Below are positions 1 to 10,983 of a stretch of DNA of 64,000 nt, one piece after another; position 1 is the stretch's first letter; every line of letters starts with the position of its first letter. The DNA is from an uncultured Gemmataceae bacterium (GTDB taxonomy: Bacteria; Planctomycetota; Planctomycetia; Gemmatales; Gemmataceae). Position numbers and translations under genes: made by a program. The notes beneath the pieces were generated by a model, which was not told where the DNA came from, did no database searches, and was given only the letters and a program-made list of their open reading frames with translations. The DNA lies in contig CAVVPN010000003.1 in the NCBI GenBank assembly GCA_963750165.1, positions 1,728,001 through 1,792,000 of the forward strand. The letters run 5' to 3'.

Positions 1-769
1 GGTCGAAGTCGTGCTCCTCAAAGCGGCCCTGGCGGCGGGCGGTGACGCGGTAGGTGCCGGCGGCGTTTTTGCCGACGCGCACCACGGGGCTTTCGAGCAG
101 CACCGGCGACTGAATACGCTTGCACAGGCCGTCGGTGAGGCGCTCGATACCGCCCTCAATGGCGTACAGCCGCAGGTAGTCCGGGTGATCCATCAGGACA
201 TTTTTCAGACCATTGAGAGCGCTGGTCAGGTGCGGCTCGGTGGCCACGTCACTGCGGGCGGCGATTTCGACGTACCGGCGGGCGGTGTCGTCGGGGATCT
301 CGTCAAGCACCTCGCGGAAGGTCTTGTTGGCCCAGGGGTGGCGGTTGTCGTCGTCGGTGTAGCCCTCGTAGTAGTCCGTCGGCGAGCACAGTTCACGGCA
401 GCGCTGGTGGAAGGCACGCAGGGCCTGCAGCGTGGCGGGGCCGCAATGCCGCTGGATGTCGCGGTCGTGGCGCAGGATGGCGTCGCCAAGAATGACGGCC
501 GGCCCGTGCATCGGAATGGTCTTCAGGCCGAACTTTTTGGCCAGCTGCCGAACCGGGTCGGGGCCGAAGTGGGCATAGCTGTACAGCTCGGCGACGCCGG
601 CCTCGTAGGGTACGGGCGCGGTGCGGAAGCGCTCGGTGAGCACCTTCCCGCCCAGCCGCGGCCCGGCCTCGAAGAGGGTGATCTCGCACAGGTCGGCACA
701 AAATTGTTCCAGCAAATAAGCGGTCAGCAGCCCCCCCGGGCCGCCGCCAACGATGGCAATGCGCGTCAT
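1..769 (-). CDS. FAD-dependent oxidoreductase (amine oxidase family); runs off the window edge
   Basis: Not in the ORF track. Manual minus-strand translation from ATG 769 gives MTRIAIVGGGPGGLLTAYLL...ITLFEAGPRLGGKV...YEAGVAELY: Rossmann GxGxxG plus the ExxxRxGG motif. Confidence 0.8.
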   Translation of the reverse strand, partial: MTRIAIVGGGPGGLLTAYLLEQFCADLCEITLFEAGPRLGGKVLTERFRTAPVPYEAGVAELYSYAHFGPDPVRQLAKKFGLKTIPMHGPAVILGDAILRHDRDIQRHCGPATLQALRAFHQRCRELCSPTDYYEGYTDDDNRHPWANKTFREVLDEIPDDTARRYVEIAARSDVATEPHLTSALNGLKNVLMDHPDYLRLYAIEGGIERLTDGLCKRIQSPVLLESPVVRVGKNAAGTYRVTARRQGRFEEHDFD

Positions 770-917
770 AAAACGGGGTGTCTCCGGTGCCGAGCACGGC
801 AGGGGCGAACGGTCCATGTCGATATTCAACCCTGATTGTCGCGCCGGGTTCTGCCGCAGCAAGGCAGAGACCGCATTCATGAATGCTTTTTCATGGATGC
901 AGGTCAAGAAGAAGACA

Positions 918-997
918 AATCACGAAAGCCCGAAACCACGAAAACCACGAAAAAGGTTTTGATTTCGTGGTTTTCGTGGTTTCGGGCTTTCGTGATT
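918..997. repeat. Intergenic inverted repeat (CACGAAA family), probable terminator/REP-like element
   Basis: aatcacgaaagcccgaaaccacgaaaaccacgaaa ... tttcgtggttttcgtggtttcgggctttcgtgatt. Related element at 35021-35111. Confidence 0.8.
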
Positions 998-1004
998 CGC
1001 CTTT

Positions 1005-3674
1005 TCACAGCACGCCGCGCTCGAAGTTGGCCGCGTGGCCGCCCGGCACCGCCTGGCCCGCGCGCACCGCACGCCAGCGCTGCCGCACCACCGCCGGGTC
1101 GTAGGGTCGATAAATGAAGTCCGCCCGCAGTTGCACCGCGCCCGCCGCCGCCAGCTGCCGCAGTTTCGTGGACAGGCAGAACGGCCCCTGGTTGAGCACG
1201 ATGGTGCGGCAATGATAATCCAGCGCCGTCACGCGCTCGCCGTGGCTGCTCATCATGTCCATGCTCTCGAACCGGCAGTTCGCCTTGCCCGGACAGCCGC
1301 CGATCAGGTTCGCATACGCACACGACTCCGCCAGGAACTGCGGCGTGTCCTGGTAGACGATGAGCACCGCCCGCGGCCCAAACTCTACCAGCAGCGGCCG
1401 CAGGTTGTCCAGGCCGTCCTCCGGCGACAGCGCGAAGCGCGTCACGCCCAGTTCGAGCAACTGCTGAACGGCCAGGCGGTTGAGCACGTACACCGACCAG
1501 TCCGTCGCCAGGTCGAGGCCGGCGGTCGGCGCCAGGTAGGTCCACGCGGACAGGTTCGCGGCCTCCCACCTGTGCCAGCCGGCGGCCCGCAGTTTTTCCA
1601 GCTTCAGCAGCAGACCGTGCTCCTCCCACTTGCGCGTCAACGGCGGCAGCGCCAGACGAATACGGTCGCGGCCCAGCGGCGCTTCCAGGTCGTGGAGTTT
1701 TTCCAGCAGCGCGGTCGGATGGTCGCGCGCAATGTCGATGACCAGCTCGTCCACGTTGTCCCAGTCCGCGGCCTCGAAGTGCTCGACGAAGCCGACGCGA
1801 TCCACCTTGAGCGACCAGCGGAACGGCGCGTGGGACCGGTGGGCCGCCGGTCCGACGGAAGCGGGGCACACCTCCGCCTGCACCTGCTGAATGCGTGCGC
1901 TGAGCGCCTGGTGCAGCGCTGCTTCCACGGCTTCGGTCAGTTCGCGGCGCAGCGCGTTGAGTTTCGAGACAGGTACGAACAGCCCCTGCGGGTTGTCGAA
2001 GTGGAAGGCACCCAGCGTCAAGCGTGTGTCACCGAGCTTCTCGAACGCGGCCCGCGCCGCGGCGGTCATGGTGTCGGCGTGCTGCGCCGGCGCGAACGGC
2101 CCCGACAGTGTGCGCGTCACCTCCGCCCCTGCCACCCAACCTATCACCGTCAGCGCGTCGGCGCCGAGCGTCGCCGTCACGTCCAGCGACCGTCGCGTAC
2201 GGAACAGGCCCGGTTTCGGCCGGCTGTGGCGGTAACGCTGCTTGACCGCCTGCGACGACGAGCAGTAAATCGGTGCGTCCGCCGGGATCTGCGGATGATC
2301 CGCCGGCAGTGCCACCTCAACCACGCTGCCCGCCGGCGCCTCGACCACCGGCCGCCCCGGGCCGCGCTTGCCGCCGGTCAGCCAGAGAGTATCGACCGCG
2401 AAGCCGAAGGGCTTGCCGAGCACCGGCAGGTCGATCTGCAAACCGTCGTGCCGCTGCAAGGCGCGGGCGGTACGGAAGCGCAGCCGCGCCGGAGAGCCGC
2501 CGCGCACCGCCAGCACGTGGCCGATCAGCGTGCCACGGTGGCCAACCGTGTCGCGATCCGCCACCTCCTTGTCCCTGTGCGACGCCACGAACAACCGCGT
2601 CCACGGCCGGCTGAAGACCGTTTGCAGGTCCGCCTCCTGCACGGCGCGCTCGTCCGGGCTCAGGTTGCCGTCGAGCAGTTTGCGATAATAGTCCGTCGTG
2701 GTCGCCACATACAGCGGGCTCTTTTTGCGGCCCTCGATCTTGAAGCAGGCGACGCCGGCGCCGCGCAGCGCCGGCAAATGGTCCGGCAGCGCCAGGTCCT
2801 TCATCGAGAACGGAAAGCCCGTGGCCGGGTCGCGCTTGACCGGCGTGCCGTCGCGCAACGTCGTCGGAGCGTCGGCGACCTCGTAGGAATCGCGGCAGGA
2901 GTACGCACACTTGCCGCGGTTACCGCTGCGGCCCAGCGTCTGCGACGAGAACAGACACAGGCCGCTGTACGAGTAGCACAGCGCTCCGTGGACGAACACC
3001 TCCGTCTCGATGCCCGCCGTGGCCGTCACGTCGCGCACCTCCTCGAAGGTCAGCTCGCGGGCCAGCACCACGCGCGTGAAGCCGAGCGCGTGCAGCGCCG
3101 CGGCGCCGGCGCGGTTGTGGACCGCCAGCTGCGTGCTGGCGTGCAATTCCAGCGTCGGGAAGTGGCGGCGCACCAGGTGGTAGACACCCAGGTCCTGGAT
3201 GATGAGGGCATCGACGCCAATGTCGGCGAGGTGGGCCACGGCGTCCACGAGTTCGGCCAGTTCGTCCTGGCGGATGAGGGTGTTGATGGTGACGAACACG
3301 CGGCGGCGCGGCGTCAAACTGTGGGCGTAGGTGGTGACCTCCGCAACCTCATCGAGAGTGAAGTTCTCGGCTTCGGCGCGGGCGGAGAATTTTTGAAGGC
3401 CGAGGTAGATGGCGTCGGCGCCGTAATGGAAAGCCGCATAGGCTGCGTCCGGCCCGCCCGCCGGGGCCAGCAATTCCGTGGCGTGGCGAGCGCTGGTCGA
3501 AGCCGGGAGCGGCGACGTATCCGGGACGCTGCCGGCGCCGTAGGCGCCCTGCGGCGCATCGGGTTCGGGGGCCGTGGCGGCGCCGACGGACGGCAACGGT
3601 TCGACGGTGCTCCAGCCATGCCACTCGGCGGGGGCCTGGACCAGGGGAAGGCTCAACGTGCGGCCGTGCAGCAT
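1005..3674 (-). CDS. U32 peptidase-like family protein (RlhA-like, probable RNA hydroxylation protein)
   Basis: ELLAPAG, GADAIYLG, LHASTQ, VHGALCYSYSGLC, NRGKCAYSCR and KIEGRKKS motifs plus a long C-terminal region. Start codon uncertain. Confidence 0.88.
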   Translation of the reverse strand: MLHGRTLSLPLVQAPAEWHGWSTVEPLPSVGAATAPEPDAPQGAYGAGSVPDTSPLPASTSARHATELLAPAGGPDAAYAAFHYGADAIYLGLQKFSARAEAENFTLDEVAEVTTYAHSLTPRRRVFVTINTLIRQDELAELVDAVAHLADIGVDALIIQDLGVYHLVRRHFPTLELHASTQLAVHNRAGAAALHALGFTRVVLARELTFEEVRDVTATAGIETEVFVHGALCYSYSGLCLFSSQTLGRSGNRGKCAYSCRDSYEVADAPTTLRDGTPVKRDPATGFPFSMKDLALPDHLPALRGAGVACFKIEGRKKSPLYVATTTDYYRKLLDGNLSPDERAVQEADLQTVFSRPWTRLFVASHRDKEVADRDTVGHRGTLIGHVLAVRGGSPARLRFRTARALQRHDGLQIDLPVLGKPFGFAVDTLWLTGGKRGPGRPVVEAPAGSVVEVALPADHPQIPADAPIYCSSSQAVKQRYRHSRPKPGLFRTRRSLDVTATLGADALTVIGWVAGAEVTRTLSGPFAPAQHADTMTAAARAAFEKLGDTRLTLGAFHFDNPQGLFVPVSKLNALRRELTEAVEAALHQALSARIQQVQAEVCPASVGPAAHRSHAPFRWSLKVDRVGFVEHFEAADWDNVDELVIDIARDHPTALLEKLHDLEAPLGRDRIRLALPPLTRKWEEHGLLLKLEKLRAAGWHRWEAANLSAWTYLAPTAGLDLATDWSVYVLNRLAVQQLLELGVTRFALSPEDGLDNLRPLLVEFGPRAVLIVYQDTPQFLAESCAYANLIGGCPGKANCRFESMDMMSSHGERVTALDYHCRTIVLNQGPFCLSTKLRQLAAAGAVQLRADFIYRPYDPAVVRQRWRAVRAGQAVPGGHAANFERGVL

Positions 3675-4037
3675 ACAAGGCGTCCGGTCAAGGAGTCAAC
3701 GAGAGCAAGATCAGAAAAGTTCATGATACCCGGTTCGGGGCACGCAGGGAACAGCGGCGGGAAAAAGATCGGGTTGGAAGCGGCGAGTTCCCCCCGCCAG
3801 GGAGGACGCTTCCAACCCGCGAGCGAATGGGAAGAGGTGCCACTTCCCCGGCGCCAGGCCGGTACTGCGAAGGCGGGAGTTGCATGTGTGTGGAAGAAAA
3901 TAACCGAGAATCGTGCAAGTTTGGTGAACGGCGGGAAAAAAAATTGCGAAACCTGGCAAGCCTCAGCAAGATGAACCTATTGCATACCAGGCACTTAAAG
4001 CAAAGTTTCAAATTTTCCGATTTTTCCAATTATTCCC

Positions 4038-4065
4038 TTGCCAGCGGGGAGAGGTCGGATAATAT
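4038..4065 (+). promoter_or_regulatory. Putative sigma70 promoter
   Basis: TTGCCA (4038-4043), 16-nt spacer, TAATAT (4060-4065), with an AT-rich upstream tract. Confidence 0.4.
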
Positions 4066-4070
4066 GTGGG

Positions 4071-4137
4071 TGTCCCGCTGGCTGGTAACTTCGGTGACTG
4101 GGCGACGCCGAGGAAATCAACAGCGGGACATTTTTTT
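4071..4137 (+). ncRNA. Candidate small hairpin RNA or leader terminator
   Basis: tgtcccgctg (4071-4080) pairs with cagcgggaca (4121-4130); inner stem cttcggtg/cgccgagg; followed by T7. Lies directly after the putative promoter. Confidence 0.35.
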
Positions 4138-4164
4138 CGCACCCAACTCCAAACTTCCCAAATA

Positions 4165-4286
4165 ATTCACCACGGAGAGCGCAGAGAAAAGACCAATTCA
4201 ACTGTCTTTATCGGTGTTTATCTATGGCATCTGTGGATCGATTCTTCGGTCTTCTCTCTGCGCTCTTCGCGTGCTCTGTGGTGAAT
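4165..4286. repeat. Intergenic inverted repeat (CACAGAG/GCGCAGAG family)
   Basis: attcaccacggagagcgcagagaaaagacc ... ggtcttctctctgcgctc...ctgtggtgaat. Same family as 11751-11858. Confidence 0.75.
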
Positions 4287-4293
4287 CATCTGA

Positions 4294-5330
4294 ATGTCTG
4301 AACCCATGACGGTCCTGGTCACGGGCGGCGGCGGCTTTCTCGGCCGGGCCGTCGTCGAGCGTCTGCTGGCCCGCGGTGCGCGCGTCCGCAGTTTCGCCCG
4401 CGGCCCCTACCCCGAACTGACCGCCCGCGGCGTGGACGTGCGCCGGGGCGACCTGACCGACGCGGCCGCTGTGGCCGAGGCGGTTCGCGGCTGCGGCCTG
4501 GTGTTTCACGTCGCGGCGCGGCCGGGCGTCTGGGGCCGCTATCGCGACTTCTACCTGCCCAACGTCGTCGGCACGCAGAACATCCTCGTCGCCTGCCGCG
4601 CCGCCGGCGTGCGCCGCCTCGTCTACACCAGCTCGCCCAGCGTCGTCTTCAACGGCCGCGACATGGAAAACGTGGACGAGCGCGTGCCCTACCCAGGCCA
4701 CTACGAGGCCCACTATCCGAAGACCAAGGCCATCGCCGAGCGGCTGGTGCTGGCCGCCAACGGCCCGGACCTGGCGACGGTGGCGCTGCGGCCGCACCTG
4801 ATCTGGGGGCCGGGCGACAACCATCTGGTGCCGCGCATCCTGCGCGCGGCCGGGCGGGGGCGCTGCGCCGCTTCCGTGGGCCGGCCAAGCTCGTCGATAG
4901 CGTCTACATTGACAACGCCGCCGACGCCCACCTGCTGGCGGCGGATCGGCTGCACCCCGGCAGTGCCATCGGCGGCCGGGCGTACTTCATCGGCAACGGC
5001 GAACCGTGGCCGTTGTGGGATCTGGTGGACGGCATCCTGCAGGCGGGCGGGCTGCCGCCGGTGCGGCGTAGCGTCTCACCACAGCTGGCGTACGCGCTCG
5101 GCTGGCTCATCGAGTTAGGGGCGACGATGCTGCGCCTGGAGGCGGAACCGCGCATGACGCGCTTCGTGGCCCGCGAGCTGGCGACGGCGCACTGGTTCGA
5201 CCTGGGCGCCGCCCGCCGCGACCTCGGCTATGTGCCGTGCGTCGGCGTCGAGGAGGGGCTGCGGCGGCTGGCGGCGTGGCTGAAGGAACAGGAGGCGGGC
5301 GGAAAGATACTTCCCAGCGCTTCGGGGTAG
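4294..5330 (+). CDS. NAD-dependent epimerase/dehydratase, 3-beta-HSD/OleD-like; apparent frameshift near 4850
   Basis: [26 protein letters not shown] and [11 protein letters not shown] in the first ORF. Homology continues in another frame ([13 protein letters not shown]...[10 protein letters not shown]). Confidence 0.85.
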
Positions 5331-5385
5331 CGGAAGTCGCCAGACTTCCGTTGCGCGTCGGAAGTCTGGCGACTTCCGCTACCCC
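5324..5385. repeat. GTAG-type REP-like palindrome
   Basis: ggggtagcggaagtcgccagacttccg ... cggaagtctggcgacttccgctacccc. Confidence 0.8.
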
Positions 5386-5528
5386 AGTTGCTACAACAGG
5401 GCACCGTAAATAACATTGATAACTCCTGCACGATTGATTCTCAAGGGCAAGCGTAGTCGTGCTGCCCAAGTGGGGGCGGAACACCCGCCTCCACATCTTC
5501 CTTCGCCCGGATGGCTGGGAGGCTTTCC

Positions 5529-6723
5529 ATGCGCACGGCCGTGGTGGTAGGGATGCTCCTGACGGTCAGCCTGCTCGCACCGCTTTGGCTGCCCGCGGGC
5601 CAGCCTGGCCCCACCAACGACCAGCCTGCGGCGACCGTGGAGGAACTGGTCCGCCGCCTGGGCAGCAAGCGCTTCCGCGAGCGCGACGAGGCGATGCGGC
5701 GGCTGGTGGAACTGGAAGTGGACGTCTCGACGTTGCGCCCAGCCCTCGAATCTCCCGACCGAGAAATGGTACGGCGAGCCGGCCTCGTGCTGGAGGGGGT
5801 TGCAAACCGCAAACGAGGCCGGATGCTCGGCCGGCTGGGGGAGTATGCGAAAGTCGGGGCGGTGGACCGGTTCGCGGAGTTGGTGGCGCGCTGGCCCGTG
5901 GGATGGGAGGAGGAGTTTTGTTGGCGTACCACCTACAACCTCGCCGTGGCGCTGTTCAAGTTCTGTCCGAAGCCCAAGGAGGTTCCGAGCGACGTTTGTC
6001 TGGATTTCCTGGCGGGAAAATCCCGTTTCCCTTGTCACGTCGTGGCCGCCACACGGGTCACTAATTTGCGCACCGTCTTTGATGAATTTGCCTTCTTCTT
6101 CCGAGGGCAAGAGGTGTGTTTTGATGGCTCACATTACGGCTGTGGTGCGTTCGTTTGCTCCGGGCCGGTCCACATCAAAGACGGAATCGGGTTTGGCGCC
6201 GTGTTTGCCGCCGGACCCGTCGATGTGGAAGGCCTATCCTGCACGGTCGTCGTCGCTGACGACGACATTACGATCCGGGACGGGCCAGCGGGGTTGGGGG
6301 CGAGATACTCCTTGGTCATCAGCCGGGGCACGGTCACTTGTTGTGAGAAGTTGACCAGCTGCCACATCGTGGCCGGCAAGAAAATCATTGTTACCCGCTC
6401 GAAGCAAAATGAGACGAGCCGGTTCACCGAGGGCGAACAGGAGCCCTTCGGCTTCGTGCGCTACTTCGACCCGACCCGGGAAGGCGTCACCGTTGAGGCC
6501 GCCAACGGCGGGGTGCGCGTCCGTGCGGCGGACGTGGCCAAGCCCTTCGCCAAGGCGGGGTTGAAGGCGGGCGACCTCATCACGGCCGTGAACGGCGCCG
6601 TCGCCAGTGACCCGGAGGCGTTCCGCCGCTTGCTGCGCCGCGCCATCGTGGCGGACAACGGGCTGACCCTCCGCGTCCTGCGCCGGCAAAACCCTGGATG
6701 TGCGCGTGCCGGCCACGTCTTAG
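5529..6723 (+). CDS. Secreted PDZ-domain protein with N-terminal HEAT-like segment; probable frameshift near 6682
   Basis: Signal peptide; LVRRLGSKRFRERDEAMRRL; C-terminal PFAKAGLKAGDLITAVNG (PDZ). The natural PDZ end GKTLDVRV* is in a shifted frame ending at 6723. Confidence 0.7.
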
Positions 6724-6981
6724 TGCGTGCCCAAGCAACCTGCTGTGCGACCGGGTGCGCGCGGTTCGCCCCGCGCCGGCAACACCCGGCGCTCTTCGGC
6801 GCGGCCGTGCGCGGACTGGCGGCTTGACTCCGACAACACCGGGCGCTGGCTGGCACGGCCGTGCCCGGTGGGGCGCTCTCTGGCCAATCGGGGTCTGTGA
6901 GAAACGTGAGATGAAACGGCAACCCCAATGCCACCGTGGGGTTATTTCATATCACCCTCGTGAGATGAAACGGCGTCTTCT

Positions 6982-7033
6982 GAGCCCCAAGCACAAGCGC
7001 GGGAGTCAGCGTCCCGCGCTTGCGCTTCGGGCT
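6982..7033. repeat. Palindromic repeat (AGCCCGAAGCGCAAGCG family)
   Basis: gagccccaagcacaagcgcggga...tcccgcgcttgcgcttcgggctc. Sibling at 23724-23776. Confidence 0.7.
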
Positions 7034-7055
7034 CAAAAGACTCAGCGCCAGCCGC

Positions 7056-10000
7056 TCAATCGTCCATCTTCTTCCCAAAAGCCTGAACGCGGAGCGTGTA
7101 CGGCCCTGTTTGCCCCAGGTCCGCAGTGGCGATGACGACGGTATACGTGCCGGTTTGCGGCGGCGTGATGTCGAGCTGCACCCGCCGGCCGCGCGGCGTG
7201 CCCGGCTCAGGGCGCTGCACCAGGCCCTGCTTTCCGGTCGGGTCGATGAGCAAGACCAGCGGGTCGAACTTGGTGCTCTCAATCACAAGCGTGTGCGGCC
7301 GGCCGCCGGTCAGCTCGACCTTGTGCCGGGCCTCGAACCGGCCCTGCACCTTGTTGCTCTTGTCCGTCAGCTCCTTCGCCAGCTCCATCGGCTTGCCGAA
7401 CGGCATCGTCGGCAGCAGTTTCAGCAAATACTGCCCGGTCGCCGCGGGCGTGAAGGACGCGACCACGAGGCGATACGTGCCGTCCGCCGGCGGCGTGAAG
7501 ATCAGGCGCGAGTCCAGCACCTTCGGCGGGGTGACATCGTCGTTGTACAGCAACAGCTTGCCGGCGCTGTCCTCGACACGCAGGAAGGTGTCGAACTCGC
7601 CGGTCAGGTCGATCTGGTACGTCTTGCCGGCCGACAGTTTGACGGCGTGGACGCGGCGGTGGCTCTTCTGCGTCGGTGGGAAGGTGTCGAACGGGTCGTC
7701 CTTCGTCAGCGTGCCCTTGATGCCGGCCGCGGCGGCGGCCTCGTCCACGACCGGCACCGGCTTCAGGGCGGCGAGCCGGCGGTCGCTCTCGGCGATGACG
7801 ACGCGGGCCAGCTGCTGCAGCGGGAGAACCGACGACAGGGGTTGCGTGCTGGCCGACAGCAGTTCCAGGCCCTTGCGGGCGGCGGCCCGGGCGTCGGCGA
7901 ACCGGCCAGCCTTCAGCAGCCCCTCGGCCATCACGACGTGGTAACTGCCCTCCCGCGGGTGCAGCCGCGCCGCCTTCTGCATCCACATGACGCCCTCGTC
8001 GGTCTGGTTCAGGCGGAACAGCGTGGCGCCGAGCACCGAACACAGCAGCGGGTCCTCGGGGGCAAGCTTCAGGCCGCGCCGGTACAGATCGGCGGCATCC
8101 TGCATTTTGCCGTATTTCATGTGATACAGGCCCAGGTACATCAGGTTCATGGGGCTGCGGTCGTTCAGCTGAACCGCCCGTTCCAGCGCGGTCAGGGCCG
8201 CGGTCTTCTGGTTCCGCAACAGCAGGGCGTAACCAAGTGCGCGGTAACCGTCCTCGTTCAGCGGGTCCAGCTCCGTGGCCCGCCGCGCCGCCTTCTCGGC
8301 CCCGGCCGTGTCCTGCAGCCGGATCAGGACGTTCGCTCGCTCGGTCAGCAGATAGACATCGTCGGGTTGTTTTTTCAACTCCCGGTCGAGGATGGCGCGG
8401 GCGTCGGCCAGGTGGCCGGCGTTGGCCAGCACCGCCGCCAGGCTGCCGTGGGCGAGCGGGTTGTCGGGCTGGAGGGCGACGGCGGTCCGCAGGTAGCCGG
8501 CGCTCTCCGAGTACTGCCGGTCCCGGGACAGCAGTTGGCCGGTTTGCAGCGTAAGCAAGAAATCGGTCGGGTGCAGGGCCTGCGCGTTGCGCAGAAAGGC
8601 GACCGCGGCCGCGCGGGGGCCGCCTTTTTCGAGCACAACGCTGATCGTGTACAGCAGCGCCGGGGACAGCCGGCCCAGCGGCGCCGCGGTCACGTGCTTC
8701 ATCAGGGCGGCCGGATCCCCCCACAGCGATGCGTCCCGGAACCGCTTCGCCCACGGGTCCGGGTCGGCCGCCTGCGCCGCCGCCAGGAGGGCGGCGTGCG
8801 TGCGGGAGTGCTCGGCATCCCCGGTGAGGGAGACGGCCCAGTCATCCAGGGCGGCCACCAGTTGCTCGCGGATCGGCGCGCGGCTGATGCGGGCGACGAC
8901 CGCGGCCTCCTGGCCCGGTGTCGGGACCAGCCCGGCCTTGCGGAACAGCGCTTCATACCGCCGCGCGGACTTCTGGAAGCCGAACGAGTGACCGCTGCCA
9001 CGCGCCAGGGCGGCCTTCTGTTGCCGGACCTGGTTGAGGTCCACGGCCAGCTGGCGGTCGGCCTCGTCGCCCTGGAGCTGCGCCTGCAGGGCGACGAGCC
9101 GCCGCACCAGTCCCGGGTCGAGGTCCACGCCGGCGCCGTCGGCCTGCTGCCGCGCCGCCGCCACGACCGCCGCCGGCTTCTGCAGCTGGACCTGCCAGTC
9201 CGCCGGGTTGTTCAGCAGCCGGAACACCCCGCCCTGCTCCTGCAACTTCTTCTGCAATTCCGTGCGCTCCCTCTCCGCCTGGCCCAGCACCGCGACGAGT
9301 TGCGCCTCCACGCGCGCCCGCTTCTCCGCCCGCGCCACCCGCGCCGCCAGTTCCTGCCGCTCCTGCTCCTGCGCCTGTTCGATGGCCGCGCGTTCCCGTT
9401 CGGCCTGGTCCTGCTGATACCAGAAGCCGCCCGCCACCGCCGCGGCCGTGGCGACCAGCAGCGCCGCCGCCAGGCCCGTCACCAGTGCCTTGTGGCGGCG
9501 CACCCAGCGGCCGGCCCGCTTCGGCAGCGGCTCCCGGTACGCGCTGATCGGCTCGTCCGCCAACCAGTGCTCCACGTCTTCCGCCAGCGCCCGCGCCGAG
9601 GCATAGCGGTCCTGCGGCCGCAGCGCCATCGCCTTCAGGCAAATGGCCTCCAGCGTCTTCGGCACCGCCGGCTGGACGCGGCGCGGCGGCGGAAAGTCGC
9701 CGCGCTCGGCCCGGCGCAGGGCCTCGGGGGTGTTGGCCACGTCAATGGGCGGCTTGCCGGTGAGCAGGCAGAACAGGGTAGCGCCCAGGCCGTAGACATC
9801 GCTGGCAAGGCCGAGGTCGGGTTGCCCACCGGCCTGTTCGGGGCTCATGTAGGCGGGCGTGCCGATCACGGCGCCGGGCCGCGTCAGCCCGGGGTTGCTG
9901 CCGGTCCAGGTCAGCGTCGCGCCGTCCGTCAACTCCGGCTCGGCCTGGTCGAGGGCGCGGGCCAGGCCCCAGTCCACGAGCAGGGTTTCGCCGAAGTCGC

Positions 10001-10807
10001 CGAGCATGACGTTGGCCGGCTTGAGGTCGCGGTGCAGCACGTTCTTGCTGTGCGCGTAGGCGACGGCGTTGCACACCGCCACGAACCGCCCCAGCAGCAG
10101 CCGCAGTTCCGGAGCGTTGGCCGGCCCGCCGCCGCGGTGGAAGCGCTGGATGGCGGCCGCCAGGCTCAGGCCCTGGATGAAGCGCATGGCGTAGAAGGGC
10201 CGGCCGTCGGCGTGGAAGCCGAGGTCGTAGACCGGCACGATGCCCGGATGCTCCAGCCGACCCGTCACCTCGGCCTCGCGCACGAAGCGCTCGCGGTTGG
10301 CTGGGTCGGCGGCGCGCTCGGCCTGAATTTCCTTGAGCGCGACCTGGCGGCCCAGGCCGGCGTCCTCGGCCAGGTAGACCTCGCCGAGCCCACCGCGGGC
10401 GTGCAAGTGCAGCACGCGGTAGCGCCCCCGCGCTCGGCGGTCGGCGGGGCCGGGGTTTCGGCCGCAGCTGCCGTGTGGTCCGTGGTGGCGGCGGCCAGGC
10501 TGGCCTGCACGTCGGCGTCGCCGAGGATGCGCAGCCGGGCCACAAAGCTCTGCGTTTCCGGCAGCGCTGCCAGGCACTGCTGCGCGTCCTGGTCGTGGGC
10601 CGCGAGCGTCTCGGCCAGGGCCGCCGCCAGCGCCGCGGCCTGCTCGGCCGACAGCAGGCCGCGCTCGGCGAGCAGCGTGGCCAGCGACTGAGACGGGTCG
10701 TGCTCCCACGCGCGCACGGCGTCGGCCGCGGCCTCTTGCGAGAGAAAGCCGAGCTTCACGGCCAGCAGCCCGGTCAACAAACTGTCGGCAGTGGACGGAT
10801 GGAACAC
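7056..10807 (-). CDS. Membrane Ser/Thr protein kinase with TPR repeats and two C-terminal PPC-like domains; frameshift near 10430
   Basis: ARGGLGEVY, VALKEI, HRDLKPAN, DWG, GTPAYMSPEQ; TM helix; TPR-like helices; two repeats of the FD..L.V.D..GK...GTY.LVV type. The N-terminus (DSLLTGLLAVKLGFL) is in another frame. Confidence 0.85.
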
Positions 10808-10983
10808 GGGCGTTCTCCGTAAGGATGCGGCGACGTTATCGGGTTGATGGTAACACGTTGGCAGCCGAGTGCAACCGTCCAGCCGGCCACTTGGGCTTGA
10901 TTCCGCCCCCGTCCCTGTTACCAGATATGCTGGCCGCCTCACGGACGGGGCGGCGCCCCCGGGACCGGAACCCCTGAGCGACC

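Noticed and set aside
11..835. 274-aa plus-strand ORF and many other long ORFs antisense to real genes (e.g. 1035-3974, 7020-10691, 11729-13480, 58594-61077)
   Set aside because: Shadow ORFs expected in high-GC DNA; the opposite strand carries recognisable family motifs.
6905..6974. Possible mini-CRISPR (repeat-spacer-repeat)
   Set aside because: Only two 16-bp repeats, too short, and no cas genes in the window.
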